NCBI GenBank assembly: GCA_963783575.1
Contig: CAWAOD010000011.1
Location: 480,001 to 544,000 of the forward strand
Length of the DNA: 64,000 nt
From: an uncultured Spirochaetota bacterium
GTDB taxonomy: Bacteria; Spirochaetota; Brevinematia; Brevinematales; JAOACQ01
Direction: 5' to 3'
Positions 22,289 through 31,919 of this stretch are shown here, piece after piece (the first letter of the stretch is position 1; each line of letters opens with the position of its first letter). The notes under the pieces are model-generated. The model was not told the origin of the DNA and did not search any database. It saw only the letters and a program-made list of their open reading frames with translations. The translations under genes and the position numbers were made by a program.

Positions 22289-23019
22289 TTCTGTCTTATC
22301 CTCAACGCTTCATTTTCGATGTATTTTTGTGTATATAAACAAGTTGCAATACAAATGCCGCAAAATGTATCTTCAATATTTGTTCTTTCTTTTGCAAGTT
22401 TTCTTGCCGCCAACCGGCATTTGTCAGGATCAAAAAATTTATCTCTAAACAAACCCTTATGCCAATTTATCCCTTTGGGGGCTTTCCCCGGACATTTTTT
22501 TACACAAATATCACAATCTTTACAATATGATTCGGAAATGGAATTATCCTCCACATTAATATTAATATTTGCCAGAACAGTCGTGAATCTTATCGCTGAG
22601 CCAAACTCTTTTGTTATTAAGAGCGCACATTTACCGATCCAGCCTAATCCTGATAAAGTGGCCATTGTCTTATGCGGCAAATCTGTCATGTGATGGCCAT
22701 AAATTCCATCATTAGTCGCTCCCCATCTTTTTGTTCCATAGCCTAAATTATTTATATATTTTGTAATAAATAAGCTCAATTCATCCAGCTTATTATTAGT
22801 GTTCTCATATTCATGATAATATTCAGTTGTCGGCCCATTTTTTATTCCATTTATTATAAATGGATTCAATGCGATGCCTATTGAAATCCCTATTTTATTT
22901 TCGCCTATTATTTTTTTATCAATGATATCCAAACCGGCAAAACCCACAAGAGAAGCACCTTTCTCAATTAATTCATTTCTTATGGAATTTATTAAGATTA
23001 TATCTTCTTTATGGTTCAT
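22285..23019 (-). CDS. Epoxyqueuosine reductase-like (QueG/RdhA-like) 4Fe-4S protein
   Basis: HKTMATLSGLGWIGK, CKDCDICVKKCP and CGICIATC. Confidence 0.82.
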   Translation of the reverse strand: MNHKEDIILINSIRNELIEKGASLVGFAGLDIIDKKIIGENKIGISIGIALNPFIINGIKNGPTTEYYHEYENTNNKLDELSLFITKYINNLGYGTKRWGATNDGIYGHHMTDLPHKTMATLSGLGWIGKCALLITKEFGSAIRFTTVLANININVEDNSISESYCKDCDICVKKCPGKAPKGINWHKGLFRDKFFDPDKCRLAARKLAKERTNIEDTFCGICIATCLYTQKYIENEALRIRQK

Positions 23020-23254
23020 AAAAGACCTCTACTATAAGTCAGTTATTATTCTAAAATACCGGCCCTATTTTGTCAAAGGGGCTGACAGTACCGGGATTAT
23101 GAGTTCATTTTCCGCTGCGATGCAGAACTTCCGGTTTAAAATTTGTCTTCAGGATTTTTGCGGTTTTTCCATCCCCGAAGTAGAATATATAACTGTTGTA
23201 AAATAATTTTTCTATTTCAGACTGTCAGAATTGGTTAAACATGGAGGCTTTATT

Positions 23255-23659
23255 ATGAAAAGGAATATTTTTATTCTCGGCATATTTATCTCGTTAATCT
23301 TTATGGCTGTTTCATGCACTATAGCCCCAAATTCAAGCTCATCTTCCTCAACGGCAAATTCATCCTCATCATCGGCAAGTTTATCTTCATCTAACTCTAT
23401 AGTCGGCACCTGGGCATTAAATTATTATTATTCAAATGCCGGAAGCGGTATTACCGCTACGACTTTCTCTGCGGACGGGACTTATTTTCAACAAGACGGC
23501 GACGGAGGGACCTGGACTCAGAATGGAACTAATGTCCGGTGGGTTACAACACATGCAGTGGCTGGTGTCGTATTTGACGGAACGATTTCAGGAACCAATA
23601 TGTCAGGTGTTATGACTAACGGGAGTTTAAACGGTTACTGGAGCGCTGTAAAGAATTAA
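23255..23659 (+). CDS. Lipoprotein with Ser-rich linker and small beta-rich domain
   Basis: GGAGG RBS, signal peptide ending AVS-C, poly-Ser spacer. Confidence 0.8.
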   Translation: MKRNIFILGIFISLIFMAVSCTIAPNSSSSSSTANSSSSSASLSSSNSIVGTWALNYYYSNAGSGITATTFSADGTYFQQDGDGGTWTQNGTNVRWVTTHAVAGVVFDGTISGTNMSGVMTNGSLNGYWSAVKN

Positions 23660-23673
23660 TATTTCATTACTAA

Positions 23674-24432
23674 TTATTTATCATAATAATTCCTGTATAA
23701 CTCCGGTAAAATTATAGACAGGTTGGTGTATTCCCGGCTGCAGTGTTCGGCAAGCTCAAATGCCAGATTCTTGTTTGCGATTTTTTTCCAAACCATTTTT
23801 GGAAGATGCTCGCCTATCCAAAAACGGCTGATTAATGTAAGCCCATTTTGATTTTTCTTAAATATATGAGACATTTCGGTATGTTCAATAACGCCTTTTA
23901 ATAAGCCAACATGACCGCATATTAAAGTTTCTATGCCATTCTTTAAAAACAATGATTCATCAAAACCAAACTGCTGAGAAGTTAAAAACCTGATAGAAAG
24001 ATATGCTTTTGCAGCACCTATACGTTCAACGGGATATTGCATATTTGGCTTAAAGCCAATAAACGGCTCCCTGAAATAGTTTGCATTTTTTGCCGCAAAG
24101 CCGATATTGAAATGTTCCCCGGGAAACCAGACCTGATAACGTTCTTTTTCCTGTGGGTGCCACCAAAACCACCAGTCAATCATTTCCCGGGTAATACCGG
24201 GCATTTCGGTTTTCATGGCAACAAGCCAGCATCCGGAAGGCAGCCGTATAAAACCTGTTTCATTTTGCAAAGTAGTATCCCACAACAGCCTGTTTTTATC
24301 GGAAAAAGCAAGCGGAGTAATATCAGGGGACTGTTCAAGCTTTATTCGAATTTCTTCAGTAATCTGTGGAGCCGGGCAGTTCATTAATTTGATATACAAT
24401 TCTTGTTTCAAGAATACAGCCTCCTTAAACAT
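23674..24432 (-). CDS. DAPG hydrolase (PhlG)-like protein
   Basis: MPGITREMIDWWFWWH, RYQVWFPGEH, SRFWIG, HCSREY. Confidence 0.8.
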   Translation of the reverse strand: MFKEAVFLKQELYIKLMNCPAPQITEEIRIKLEQSPDITPLAFSDKNRLLWDTTLQNETGFIRLPSGCWLVAMKTEMPGITREMIDWWFWWHPQEKERYQVWFPGEHFNIGFAAKNANYFREPFIGFKPNMQYPVERIGAAKAYLSIRFLTSQQFGFDESLFLKNGIETLICGHVGLLKGVIEHTEMSHIFKKNQNGLTLISRFWIGEHLPKMVWKKIANKNLAFELAEHCSREYTNLSIILPELYRNYYDK

Positions 24433-24434
24433 TG

Positions 24435-24830
24435 TTAATGATCTTTTTTTCTTTTTATTTTTTCTTCTTCTCTTTTTATATTTTCTGAAACTCTGAATTT
24501 TACAATTTTACCGATCAATTCAAGAGGCAACGGTTTATCGATCGGAAATTGTACCGTACCTTTTGCAAATTTATATGATGTCAGTTCATTCTTAAATGAT
24601 TCAATACCGCTTGATGTAGGATAAAACCCAATGTGATTTTGAAAAGCTGCAAAATAAACTAAATTTCCCTTAAGCCAAAATGCAGGAATTTGATAACTGA
24701 TTCTTTCTTCCGCACCGGGAGCGGCTGTTTTTATTACTTCCCGTATTTCTCTCAATTTTTCCTGCACTTCTTCCGGAAAAGCCATAATGTATTCATCTAT
24801 AGTTTTATAGATATTTCTCTTATTTTCCAT
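24435..24830 (-). CDS. DUF1801 (YdhG-like) protein
   Basis: IDEYI, ISYQIP, HIGFYP, KGTVQFP. Confidence 0.88.
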   Translation of the reverse strand: MENKRNIYKTIDEYIMAFPEEVQEKLREIREVIKTAAPGAEERISYQIPAFWLKGNLVYFAAFQNHIGFYPTSSGIESFKNELTSYKFAKGTVQFPIDKPLPLELIGKIVKFRVSENIKREEEKIKRKKDH

Positions 24831-24867
24831 GATTCCTCCTCGATTTTTTATTATAAAACGGCCTCCA

Positions 24868-24890
24868 TTAACCAGGTTGAAGCCAAATTA
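24868..24890 (-). other. Collapsed attC-like remnant
   Basis: Stop TAA-tttggc-TTCAACCTG-GTTAA; same L'' box as the site near 31.9 kb. Confidence 0.4.
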
Positions 24891-26087
24891 TCCAATCCCC
24901 GCAATCTTTTTATACTCGAAAATCGCATCGACCGCTGCTTTTACTCCGTTACTTTCATGCAGAAGTTTTGAAAGTTCCCGGCTCTTCTCGCGAAAAGCCG
25001 GTTCTTTGAGTACATTGGCGATAGCCCGTGCAACCGCACTTGCATCAAGTTTATTCAGATAGAGGCCGCATCCCAAAGCCGTGCATTGAAGGGAAACCGT
25101 TCTTTGTTCTTCCTGGAACGGAACAAAGATAAGCGGGACACCGCAATACAATCCTTCATGTGCGCTGTTCATTCCTCCATGAGTTACGAAGACATCGGCG
25201 TTTTGAAGTACTTCCATCTGATTGACAAAACTGCGGACCACAAAATTGCCGGGAATAGTTCCCATTGCGTTGATATCGATTGCCTTGCCAACAGACATCA
25301 CTATCGTTCCTTCAAAACCGCACAGGGCTTTAAATGATTTTTTGTAGAAATCAGCCTGCTCATGCATTACGGTTCCGAATGAAATATACACAAGCGGTTT
25401 TTTTAGCCCCGAATAGTCGCTTTCACCGGCATTGACCCTCCCGGAAGAAATGGAGGGTCCAATAAATTTGAATTGCGCAGGATCATAGGAATCGCCATGC
25501 GGCTGTAGTTCCTTTATTGTGTATATGATGTTGAGCGGCGAAGTATTTACAAGGATTTCAAGGAGTCCGGTTTCTTTAATTCCATAATTTTTTCTCAAAT
25601 ATCTAACGCTCTTTGCTGATTTGGATAAAGCTTTCAAATCGACTGGCCTGATCCGGGAAATTATACTAAAAACGTTTTGTAAATTGATTGAATACGATCT
25701 GAAGAGGAAAGTCGTGATAGATGCAACTGAAGGAGTATTCGTTACGATTGCGGCAAACTTGCCCCAAGCCGCCAATGAATCGTGAATGACATAATCGGGT
25801 TTTTCGGTACGGATGATTTCAATACTCGGTTCGATTTCCCGGGAGGCTGTTTCTATAATTGCGCGGTACAAATACGATAAACGGCTTGATGTAAATGCCA
25901 GATTGATGCCTAGTTCCTTTCCCGGAGATTCGCGATACTCGGCCCCAGTAGAGAGTATCTTTTCCATAAACTCGGGGAAGGAATAATAAATAACCTTTTC
26001 ACCCTGTGAGGTCAATTCCCTTACTAAACCCAATGATGGATTAGTGTGACCAAGGGCTGGCATTCCAAAATACAAAACTTTGCTCAT
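24888..26087 (-). CDS. GT1/MGT-family (macrolide-type) UDP-glycosyltransferase
   Basis: GHTNP, VYISFGT, FVNQMEVL, FVTHGGMNS. Confidence 0.9.
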   Translation of the reverse strand: MSKVLYFGMPALGHTNPSLGLVRELTSQGEKVIYYSFPEFMEKILSTGAEYRESPGKELGINLAFTSSRLSYLYRAIIETASREIEPSIEIIRTEKPDYVIHDSLAAWGKFAAIVTNTPSVASITTFLFRSYSINLQNVFSIISRIRPVDLKALSKSAKSVRYLRKNYGIKETGLLEILVNTSPLNIIYTIKELQPHGDSYDPAQFKFIGPSISSGRVNAGESDYSGLKKPLVYISFGTVMHEQADFYKKSFKALCGFEGTIVMSVGKAIDINAMGTIPGNFVVRSFVNQMEVLQNADVFVTHGGMNSAHEGLYCGVPLIFVPFQEEQRTVSLQCTALGCGLYLNKLDASAVARAIANVLKEPAFREKSRELSKLLHESNGVKAAVDAIFEYKKIAGIG

Positions 26088-26164
26088 CTTTTAAACCCCA
26101 TTTTTAAATTGCTTCTATTCCAAAAAGCCCGGTAAAAATAAAACGAACAAGCCTATGAGATAGG

Positions 26165-26461
26165 TCAACCATAAAGTGTTCCAATAACCGCGCGTGCCAT
26201 CGGCAAGACTTCATATTGAAGGAGTCCTTTGGCCGGGTCTTGCTCCAGGAGGCCGCGCATTTCGGCCTCGTCCCTGACCTGATAAATACCGATTCCATAC
26301 ACACCCCTGGGGTCCATCACCGGTCCGAAAATAATTGCGATTCCTCTCTCAGCTTTTTCTGACCAATATGCAACGTGTTTATCCATAATCGAGCGTTCCT
26401 CGGAAGTCATATCGAGGTGGAACGTAGGTCTGGGGTTCTGGGTTCTTATGAAAAAGTACAT
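26165..26461 (-). CDS. YciI-like protein
   Basis: 98 aa, HVAYW, FGPVMDP, DP; AGGAGG RBS. Confidence 0.78.
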   Translation of the reverse strand: MYFFIRTQNPRPTFHLDMTSEERSIMDKHVAYWSEKAERGIAIIFGPVMDPRGVYGIGIYQVRDEAEMRGLLEQDPAKGLLQYEVLPMARAVIGTLYG

Positions 26462-26491
26462 ACAAACCTCCTTTCTTTGGTCCGGGGCAGC

Positions 26492-27352
26492 TTAGTTATT
26501 TGGAAGCTCTTGCTGGAAATCTTTATAATTCTGCACCATAATATTTTCTGGTTCATAGCAGACTCTTAAACAATCAAACAGCTTAGAAGATATATCTTGC
26601 GATAATCTATCATTTGTTAGACAACCATCGAAGTATGTTCCTAAGACATAGTAAGTTGCATCTATAAGATTACTTGCAATTCTAGATGAATGGCTTTTTT
26701 CGAACATTGCATTTTCAATCCATTTTAAACAAAGTAATGTAACAGCTAGGCTAAATCTAAATATAAAGGAATTTGCTCTAATGTTTTCATTTTCTTCAGT
26801 CTTATAACCATGGGTTATCCAGATGGCATGAGCATCTTCTAGAGCAAGGCTCACAATTTTCTGTTTTAATTCAATAGAAGCGGAATACCAATTAGCATAT
26901 TGCTTTAGTTCTTTTTGTATAAATCCAGACTTAAATGTTCTGAGTGAATCAATCTCATCCTGTGCATTACGATCTTTTTCTGAAAACCAATTATTTGCAA
27001 TTTCACTATTTTGCTTTAATAATTCGTCTTCAGTCTCAATAATATTAAATACTAGCGAAGAAAAAACGGTCGTTTTTCTGTCAATTAAATCATCTGGGTT
27101 TACGATTGTATTATTCGTTATCCTGATGACATCACGCATATCTTTAAGGAAAAGAATTTTTTTCGGGTAATTTTTTACTACTTCTATGGATCTTCTAAGA
27201 TTTATTTGAGCGTCTCCACGGGTTGACTCAAGAGCTGTATAATCATGCAAAATTGCAATATTTCCATCTTTCAAATATTGCATTAATCCACTCTCCTTAG
27301 TTGACAGTCTTAAGTAATTTTGATCAACTACTTTTCTTTTCTGTACGATCAA
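26492..27352 (-). CDS. Hypothetical protein, possible PIN-like fold
   Basis: 286-aa ORF with N-terminal VVDQN and C-terminal D...FDGCLTND acidic motifs; start uncertain. Confidence 0.6.
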   Translation of the reverse strand: MIVQKRKVVDQNYLRLSTKESGLMQYLKDGNIAILHDYTALESTRGDAQINLRRSIEVVKNYPKKILFLKDMRDVIRITNNTIVNPDDLIDRKTTVFSSLVFNIIETEDELLKQNSEIANNWFSEKDRNAQDEIDSLRTFKSGFIQKELKQYANWYSASIELKQKIVSLALEDAHAIWITHGYKTEENENIRANSFIFRFSLAVTLLCLKWIENAMFEKSHSSRIASNLIDATYYVLGTYFDGCLTNDRLSQDISSKLFDCLRVCYEPENIMVQNYKDFQQELPNN

Positions 27353-27737
27353 ACCTACCTCCCGGATCGAATTTTACTATTTGTATGTTTGGTATATGTT
27401 TATAATGCTTATCATTTGCGGTAAGAAGGATGTCAGAATTATTGATGCAGGTTGCCGCTATTAAAGAATCCGCCAGCTCCATGGAGTGACTTAGGAAATA
27501 CTCTTCAGCATAAATCATTGCGCGAGCAGAAATATCATTACTGATCTGTATTATGTCAACATTCCATTTTGATATTTGTTTGTTAAATTTATTGAGTTCC
27601 TGCTTGTTTTTCATTCCCTGAACAAGTTCAATATAAGTAACAACGGAAATACTAAACGGAATATTTTTATAAATTATTTCTTTTGCTTTTAAATTACCCC
27701 GCAATTCCCAAATAATTACATCGGTATCGATTATCAA
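27324..27737 (-). CDS. vapC: VapC-family PIN toxin
   Basis: IIDTDV, ELVQG, DSLIAAT, LTANDKHY. Confidence 0.9.
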   Translation of the reverse strand: MIIDTDVIIWELRGNLKAKEIIYKNIPFSISVVTYIELVQGMKNKQELNKFNKQISKWNVDIIQISNDISARAMIYAEEYFLSHSMELADSLIAATCINNSDILLTANDKHYKHIPNIQIVKFDPGGRFDRTEKKSS

Positions 27738-27973
27738 AAAGCCCTCCTTTTCCTAAGTTCGCGGACTTGTTCATCAATGGATATATTTTGATTATGCTTC
27801 TCCCACATACCAAATATTTCATCCCTGTCGATATTCTGCTCTTTATTATTTTTATAAGGGATAAGCCTGGCAGCTTTTTTCCCGCGCAAAGTAATTATAA
27901 TTTCGATTCCCCTGGCAGCCTGCTCTATTATTTTACCGGGTTTACCCCGCAGTTCTTTAGCGGAAACTTCCAT
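27734..27973 (-). CDS. Phd/YefM-family antitoxin
   Basis: 79 aa, SAKELR...IIITLRGKKAARLIP; 4-nt overlap with the toxin gene. Confidence 0.88.
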   Translation of the reverse strand: MEVSAKELRGKPGKIIEQAARGIEIIITLRGKKAARLIPYKNNKEQNIDRDEIFGMWEKHNQNISIDEQVRELRKRRAF

Positions 27974-27989
27974 ATTGACCTCTTAAAAC

Positions 27990-28031
27990 AAGTATACACT
28001 ATAAGTATACACTTTCTTATCAGTTTGTCAA
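27990..28031 (-). promoter_or_regulatory. TA operon promoter with tandem operator
   Basis: TTGACA-16 nt-TATACT on the minus strand; direct repeat AAGTATACACT (27990-28000, 28003-28013), each with a GTATAC palindrome, overlapping the -10. Confidence 0.7.
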
Positions 28032-28855
28032 CTTTTTTTTTCAAACTCTTTTCCATAAAGATTTTTTGCGCTTGACTGCATTACTGTTACCGCGGCTTTC
28101 CGGCTCAGGATCTTCCTCATAAAAAATGACGCCAGTTTATTTACAAATCCTGGAATAAAAACAACACGGCTTCCGAAAGCCTTTAATGCCTGTTCGGCTA
28201 CATCCGATGGTTCCATTACAGGTACTCCCGATATTTTTCTGTCTTTTGGAAGGCTTTTAAGAAAGTTTTCTGTCCGTGTAGCCCCGGGACAGCATACCAT
28301 CAGGTCAATACCGCTGCTTTTAAATTCACGGGCAAGACCTTCCCCCAATATAAGCATATAAGCCTTTGACGCGCCATAGTTGGATAGGAAAGGCGTGCCT
28401 TGAAACGCTGATAATGATGACATCAGGATAATACCGCTATGTTTCCGTTTTTTCATTAATCTGCCGAAATGATGAATGATCCTGACAGGCGCACGGCAGT
28501 TGATGTCGATCAGCTTCATATGGTCTTCAACAGGCTGGTCAAGAAATTCGCCGATAGCCGGAAATGTCGCGTTATAAATCACAATTCCAATATCAAGGCC
28601 TTGAGTTTTGTTATCCAACTCCGTTAAAAAATCCGGAGAACCGAGATCTATGGTTAGAGCCCGTATAGAAACCGAATACTTTTTCGAAAGACTTTCCGAA
28701 AGAACGGAAAGCTCTTTTTCTCTCCTTGCGATCAGGACAATATTTAACCCTCTTTCGGCGAGCCTGTCCGTGTATGCTGCTCCTAGGCCGGCCGAGGCTC
28801 CCGCAATGAGCGCCCAGGGGCCGTAAACATCATTGAATTCGCTTTTTTTTCTCAT
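28028..28855 (-). CDS. SDR-family oxidoreductase (17beta-HSD/KAR-like)
   Basis: GASAGLG, YGASK and CPGAT motifs. Confidence 0.9.
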   Translation of the reverse strand: MRKKSEFNDVYGPWALIAGASAGLGAAYTDRLAERGLNIVLIARREKELSVLSESLSKKYSVSIRALTIDLGSPDFLTELDNKTQGLDIGIVIYNATFPAIGEFLDQPVEDHMKLIDINCRAPVRIIHHFGRLMKKRKHSGIILMSSLSAFQGTPFLSNYGASKAYMLILGEGLAREFKSSGIDLMVCCPGATRTENFLKSLPKDRKISGVPVMEPSDVAEQALKAFGSRVVFIPGFVNKLASFFMRKILSRKAAVTVMQSSAKNLYGKEFEKKS

Positions 28856-30077
28856 TTTTCAGTCCTCCTTTCGGTAAATGGGTGATCGTTCTTCCAGATC
28901 CTAGCAATGATAATAAATGGAAAAATAAACCAGGCCGCGCAAGAAGCAGGGGATCGAAATGCCCTTCCCACCAATGCACCACATCAATGAAAATCCGGGG
29001 TGGCCATGCCGGATAGGTAAAATTCGAAGGGTTCAATGTAACCGGGTTAGGTATAACGATCTGCTCCAGGCTGATAATATAAGAGACAAACAGGAAATTG
29101 AACAGAATATACCCAAGGATTATAATATCCAGTGGACACTTGCGGAGGGGAATTACAGTTTCGCCCTCTCTCAGGTGTTGCGGGGGCAGAGGAACCAGGG
29201 CGGAAACGCTTTTCATCCTCTCCTGGTAGTCCGGACGGCCGATTTTCATCCTCCGGTCCGCAAGGGGAACACTGACAAATGTAAAAAGGATGATAATAAC
29301 TGCTGGGCCGACAATCAGCCGGAGTTGAAACGACCCGGAAGCGACGGCAAAAATGAAAATTCCGCACCAGAAAAGAATTTCCCCGAAATAGTTTGGGTGC
29401 CTGGACCAGGCCCACAGACCTTTTTCAAGCAACCGGCATTTTTCCACGCTTTGCTTTTTAAATTCCCAGAGCTGCCGGTCAGCTATCGATTCTATCAAAA
29501 TCGCGCCTGCGCTAACCATTAAAGCAATGAGATCAGCAATATTCAGCGGATCCGCTCCACGGCGGAATACTGAAAAGAGGGGCAGTAAGGCTAGGAATAC
29601 AATAACTGTAGGAAAAAGATGAAATCCCAGAAAGCTCAAAGCCCAATACCAGTTTCCCGACTTTTTTCTGAAATCGGAGTATCTCCAGTCTTCGTCTTCA
29701 AACCCCCGCCAACGCCTCATCCAATTCCAGGTAAGCCTTATTGACCAGATCAGGATGACAATAATTACAATAACTCCCCGGGCAGAAAAAATACCCTGAG
29801 AGAATGCCATATAAAAAACAATCGGAATCGGCGCAACGCTCCAATAAGGGTCGTAAAAGCTGGAATTATCGCTTAATATGCTAAAGATAAAAATAATTAC
29901 CGTTGCGGCCAGGTCTGCCAGGGCAGCAACCCGGATAATTGGCTTACCCTGGAATAAAATTACAACTAAGGCCGCCGTTAATAAAGCGAGCAGATAAATA
30001 AGGCCGCAAAATAAAAGCGATCTTGTTTTCGTAAGCGTGCCGGTTTTACCCCGCTGTCCTTTAGCTGAAACTTCCAT
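28830..30077 (-). CDS. DUF1295 (steroid 5-alpha-reductase-like) membrane protein with a C-terminal EBP/EXPERA-like fragment
   Basis: NSSFYDPYWS, EDWRY, ADRQL, GLWAWSRHPNYFGE; start reassigned to ATG at 30077 after GAGG. Confidence 0.8.
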   Translation of the reverse strand: MEVSAKGQRGKTGTLTKTRSLLFCGLIYLLALLTAALVVILFQGKPIIRVAALADLAATVIIFIFSILSDNSSFYDPYWSVAPIPIVFYMAFSQGIFSARGVIVIIVILIWSIRLTWNWMRRWRGFEDEDWRYSDFRKKSGNWYWALSFLGFHLFPTVIVFLALLPLFSVFRRGADPLNIADLIALMVSAGAILIESIADRQLWEFKKQSVEKCRLLEKGLWAWSRHPNYFGEILFWCGIFIFAVASGSFQLRLIVGPAVIIILFTFVSVPLADRRMKIGRPDYQERMKSVSALVPLPPQHLREGETVIPLRKCPLDIIILGYILFNFLFVSYIISLEQIVIPNPVTLNPSNFTYPAWPPRIFIDVVHWWEGHFDPLLLARPGLFFHLLSLLGSGRTITHLPKGGLKNEKKKRIQ

Positions 30078-30122
30078 ATTAACCTCTTTTAACAAGCGTA
30101 CCGCTTTGGTTCCCTTCGTCAA

Positions 30123-31812
30123 CAGACTGTGTGAAAACACAGTAAATATGCTATAATTATTAGAACAAAATAATCGGAGTAAAAGATGAAGCATATTGAG
30201 GGAGAATCAAGGGATCAGATAGTTCTGTTCAATGAAACACTGGAAGATCTGTTAGGAGAAGAAGATCCGGTAAGGTTTATAGATATTTTTGTTGATAAGC
30301 TAAATATGAAAGGAGTTGGTTTTAAAGTAAAAGAAGCATCAACCGGCAGAAGTTCATATAAATCCGAAATACTTTTAAAAATCTATATTTACGGATATTT
30401 GAATAAAATCAGGACAAGCAGGAAATTAGAGAGAGAGTGCCGAAGAAACACAGAGTTGATGTGGCTGACTGGACGACTAGCGCCGGATTTCAAGACGATT
30501 GCCGACTTCAGGAAAGATAATAAGAAGGGAATACAGTCGATATTCAGAGAATTTTTGAAGATATGTCATAAAGCCGGGCTTTTATCATTTGACGTTGTTG
30601 GAATTGATGGAACCAAGATCAGTGCGCAAAACCACAATAACAATGTTTATCATAGGAAAAACATAGAAGAAATCATACATAGAATAGATCAAAAGATCGA
30701 AGAATATTTGAATGAGATGGATAAGAACGATAAGGAAGAAAAGAATGAATTTGAATTTCTTTCCGGAAAGATAGCGGAACGTTTAAAGAAAATGAAAACA
30801 AAAAAGGATAAAGTTGAGGCTATTAAAAAGATTTTTGAGGGAAATCCTGAAATGGAGAAATATTATTCAAATGACCCGGAAAGCCGGTTTATGAATGATA
30901 AAGGGAAATCCGACATTGCATATAATCTGCAGATGGCAGTAGATGATGCGAATAAACTGATTGTGGTGATTGATGTGACGAATGAAAACAATGATATCAA
31001 ACAGATGGCAGGAATGTGTGACCGAGTAGAAGAAATAAAGGACGAGCTTAAGGTAGAGACTGAAACGGTCAAAGTATCGGATGCCGGTTATTACAGCGAA
31101 CCGCAGATACTGGAATGTATAGATAAGGGACATAACGTATATATGCCGAATCCGGATGACGGACATAAGGCAAGGATTCGAGGCAAAGAAGATAATAAAG
31201 GAGTACCTGCTGAAGAATACCAGGTTGATAAATTCAAATATGATCCGGGACAAAATGTTTATTATTGTCCGGAGGGAAACCCATTAGTGAGAAATGGGAA
31301 AAAAGTAGAGAAGGTCAATGGAGGAAAAGAGATAGTCAGGTACAAGTGCGGCTTATGCAGCCAATGTGAAGTAAGAAATAAGTGTACTGAAAGCGTGGAA
31401 GGACGAAGTATCAAAGTACCAGTTAGAAAAGAAGAAATTGAGAACTTCAAGAGGAAAATTCGTTCTGAAGCCGGGAAAAAGATCATAGAGAAAAGGAAAG
31501 AGATATGTGAACATCCATTTGGATCGATAAAAAGGAATATGGGTTACAGTTATTTTTTAATGAAGGGAAAGGATGGCGTTCTGACGGAATCCAGTTTGGC
31601 AGGATTCATTCATAATTTAATAAAAGTATTGAATATATTGGGAATAAAGAGACTTATGACTCTGGTTTGATGCTAATAAACCATCGTTTATCGTATTCGG
31701 ATAGATTTTTTAAACTAAGATTTTTTTAGCTTGAAAAATATATCAAAAAATGGAGTTTTTGTATAATTAATCGATTTTACTATAAAATTTTACTGAGTTT
31801 TCACACAGTCTG
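30123..31812 (+). mobile_element. IS1182-family insertion sequence
   Basis: 24-bp terminal inverted repeats (30123-30146 and 31789-31812, 23/24 match), 3-bp target duplication CAA, single transposase. Confidence 0.92.
30186..31670 (+). CDS. IS1182-family DDE transposase
   Basis: SRKLE, PDFKTIADFRK, IDGTK, DAGY, CP-G zinc-finger-like segment, EHPFGSIK. Confidence 0.93.
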   Translation: MKHIEGESRDQIVLFNETLEDLLGEEDPVRFIDIFVDKLNMKGVGFKVKEASTGRSSYKSEILLKIYIYGYLNKIRTSRKLERECRRNTELMWLTGRLAPDFKTIADFRKDNKKGIQSIFREFLKICHKAGLLSFDVVGIDGTKISAQNHNNNVYHRKNIEEIIHRIDQKIEEYLNEMDKNDKEEKNEFEFLSGKIAERLKKMKTKKDKVEAIKKIFEGNPEMEKYYSNDPESRFMNDKGKSDIAYNLQMAVDDANKLIVVIDVTNENNDIKQMAGMCDRVEEIKDELKVETETVKVSDAGYYSEPQILECIDKGHNVYMPNPDDGHKARIRGKEDNKGVPAEEYQVDKFKYDPGQNVYYCPEGNPLVRNGKKVEKVNGGKEIVRYKCGLCSQCEVRNKCTESVEGRSIKVPVRKEEIENFKRKIRSEAGKKIIEKRKEICEHPFGSIKRNMGYSYFLMKGKDGVLTESSLAGFIHNLIKVLNILGIKRLMTLV

Positions 31813-31919
31813 CAAGCTCAGGGCAGGCTCTGCTCACCACGGCTCAGCTCAGGGCAAGCTGCTTGACCCGCGAACGGGCTTATGCTGGGAGTCAGGTTGA
31901 AGCTTACGTCAACCAGATT

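Larger units (their letters stand above)
30087..31914 (-). other. attC-like site interrupted by REP-like modules and the IS
   Basis: Minus strand GGTTGAC-gtaagc-TTCAACCTG...CGGGTCAA-gcagc-[insert]-gctt-GTTAAAA-GAGG-ttaat-ATG. Confidence 0.5.

Noticed and set aside
23050..23200. Possible riboswitch or ncRNA between the divergent QueG-like and lipoprotein genes
   Set aside because: Only weak hairpins and no recognisable family consensus; would need an Rfam scan
30078..30194. N-terminal 39 aa of the 454-aa ORF 28830-30194
   Set aside because: Reads through the IS end and repeat DNA; a better start with an RBS lies at 30077
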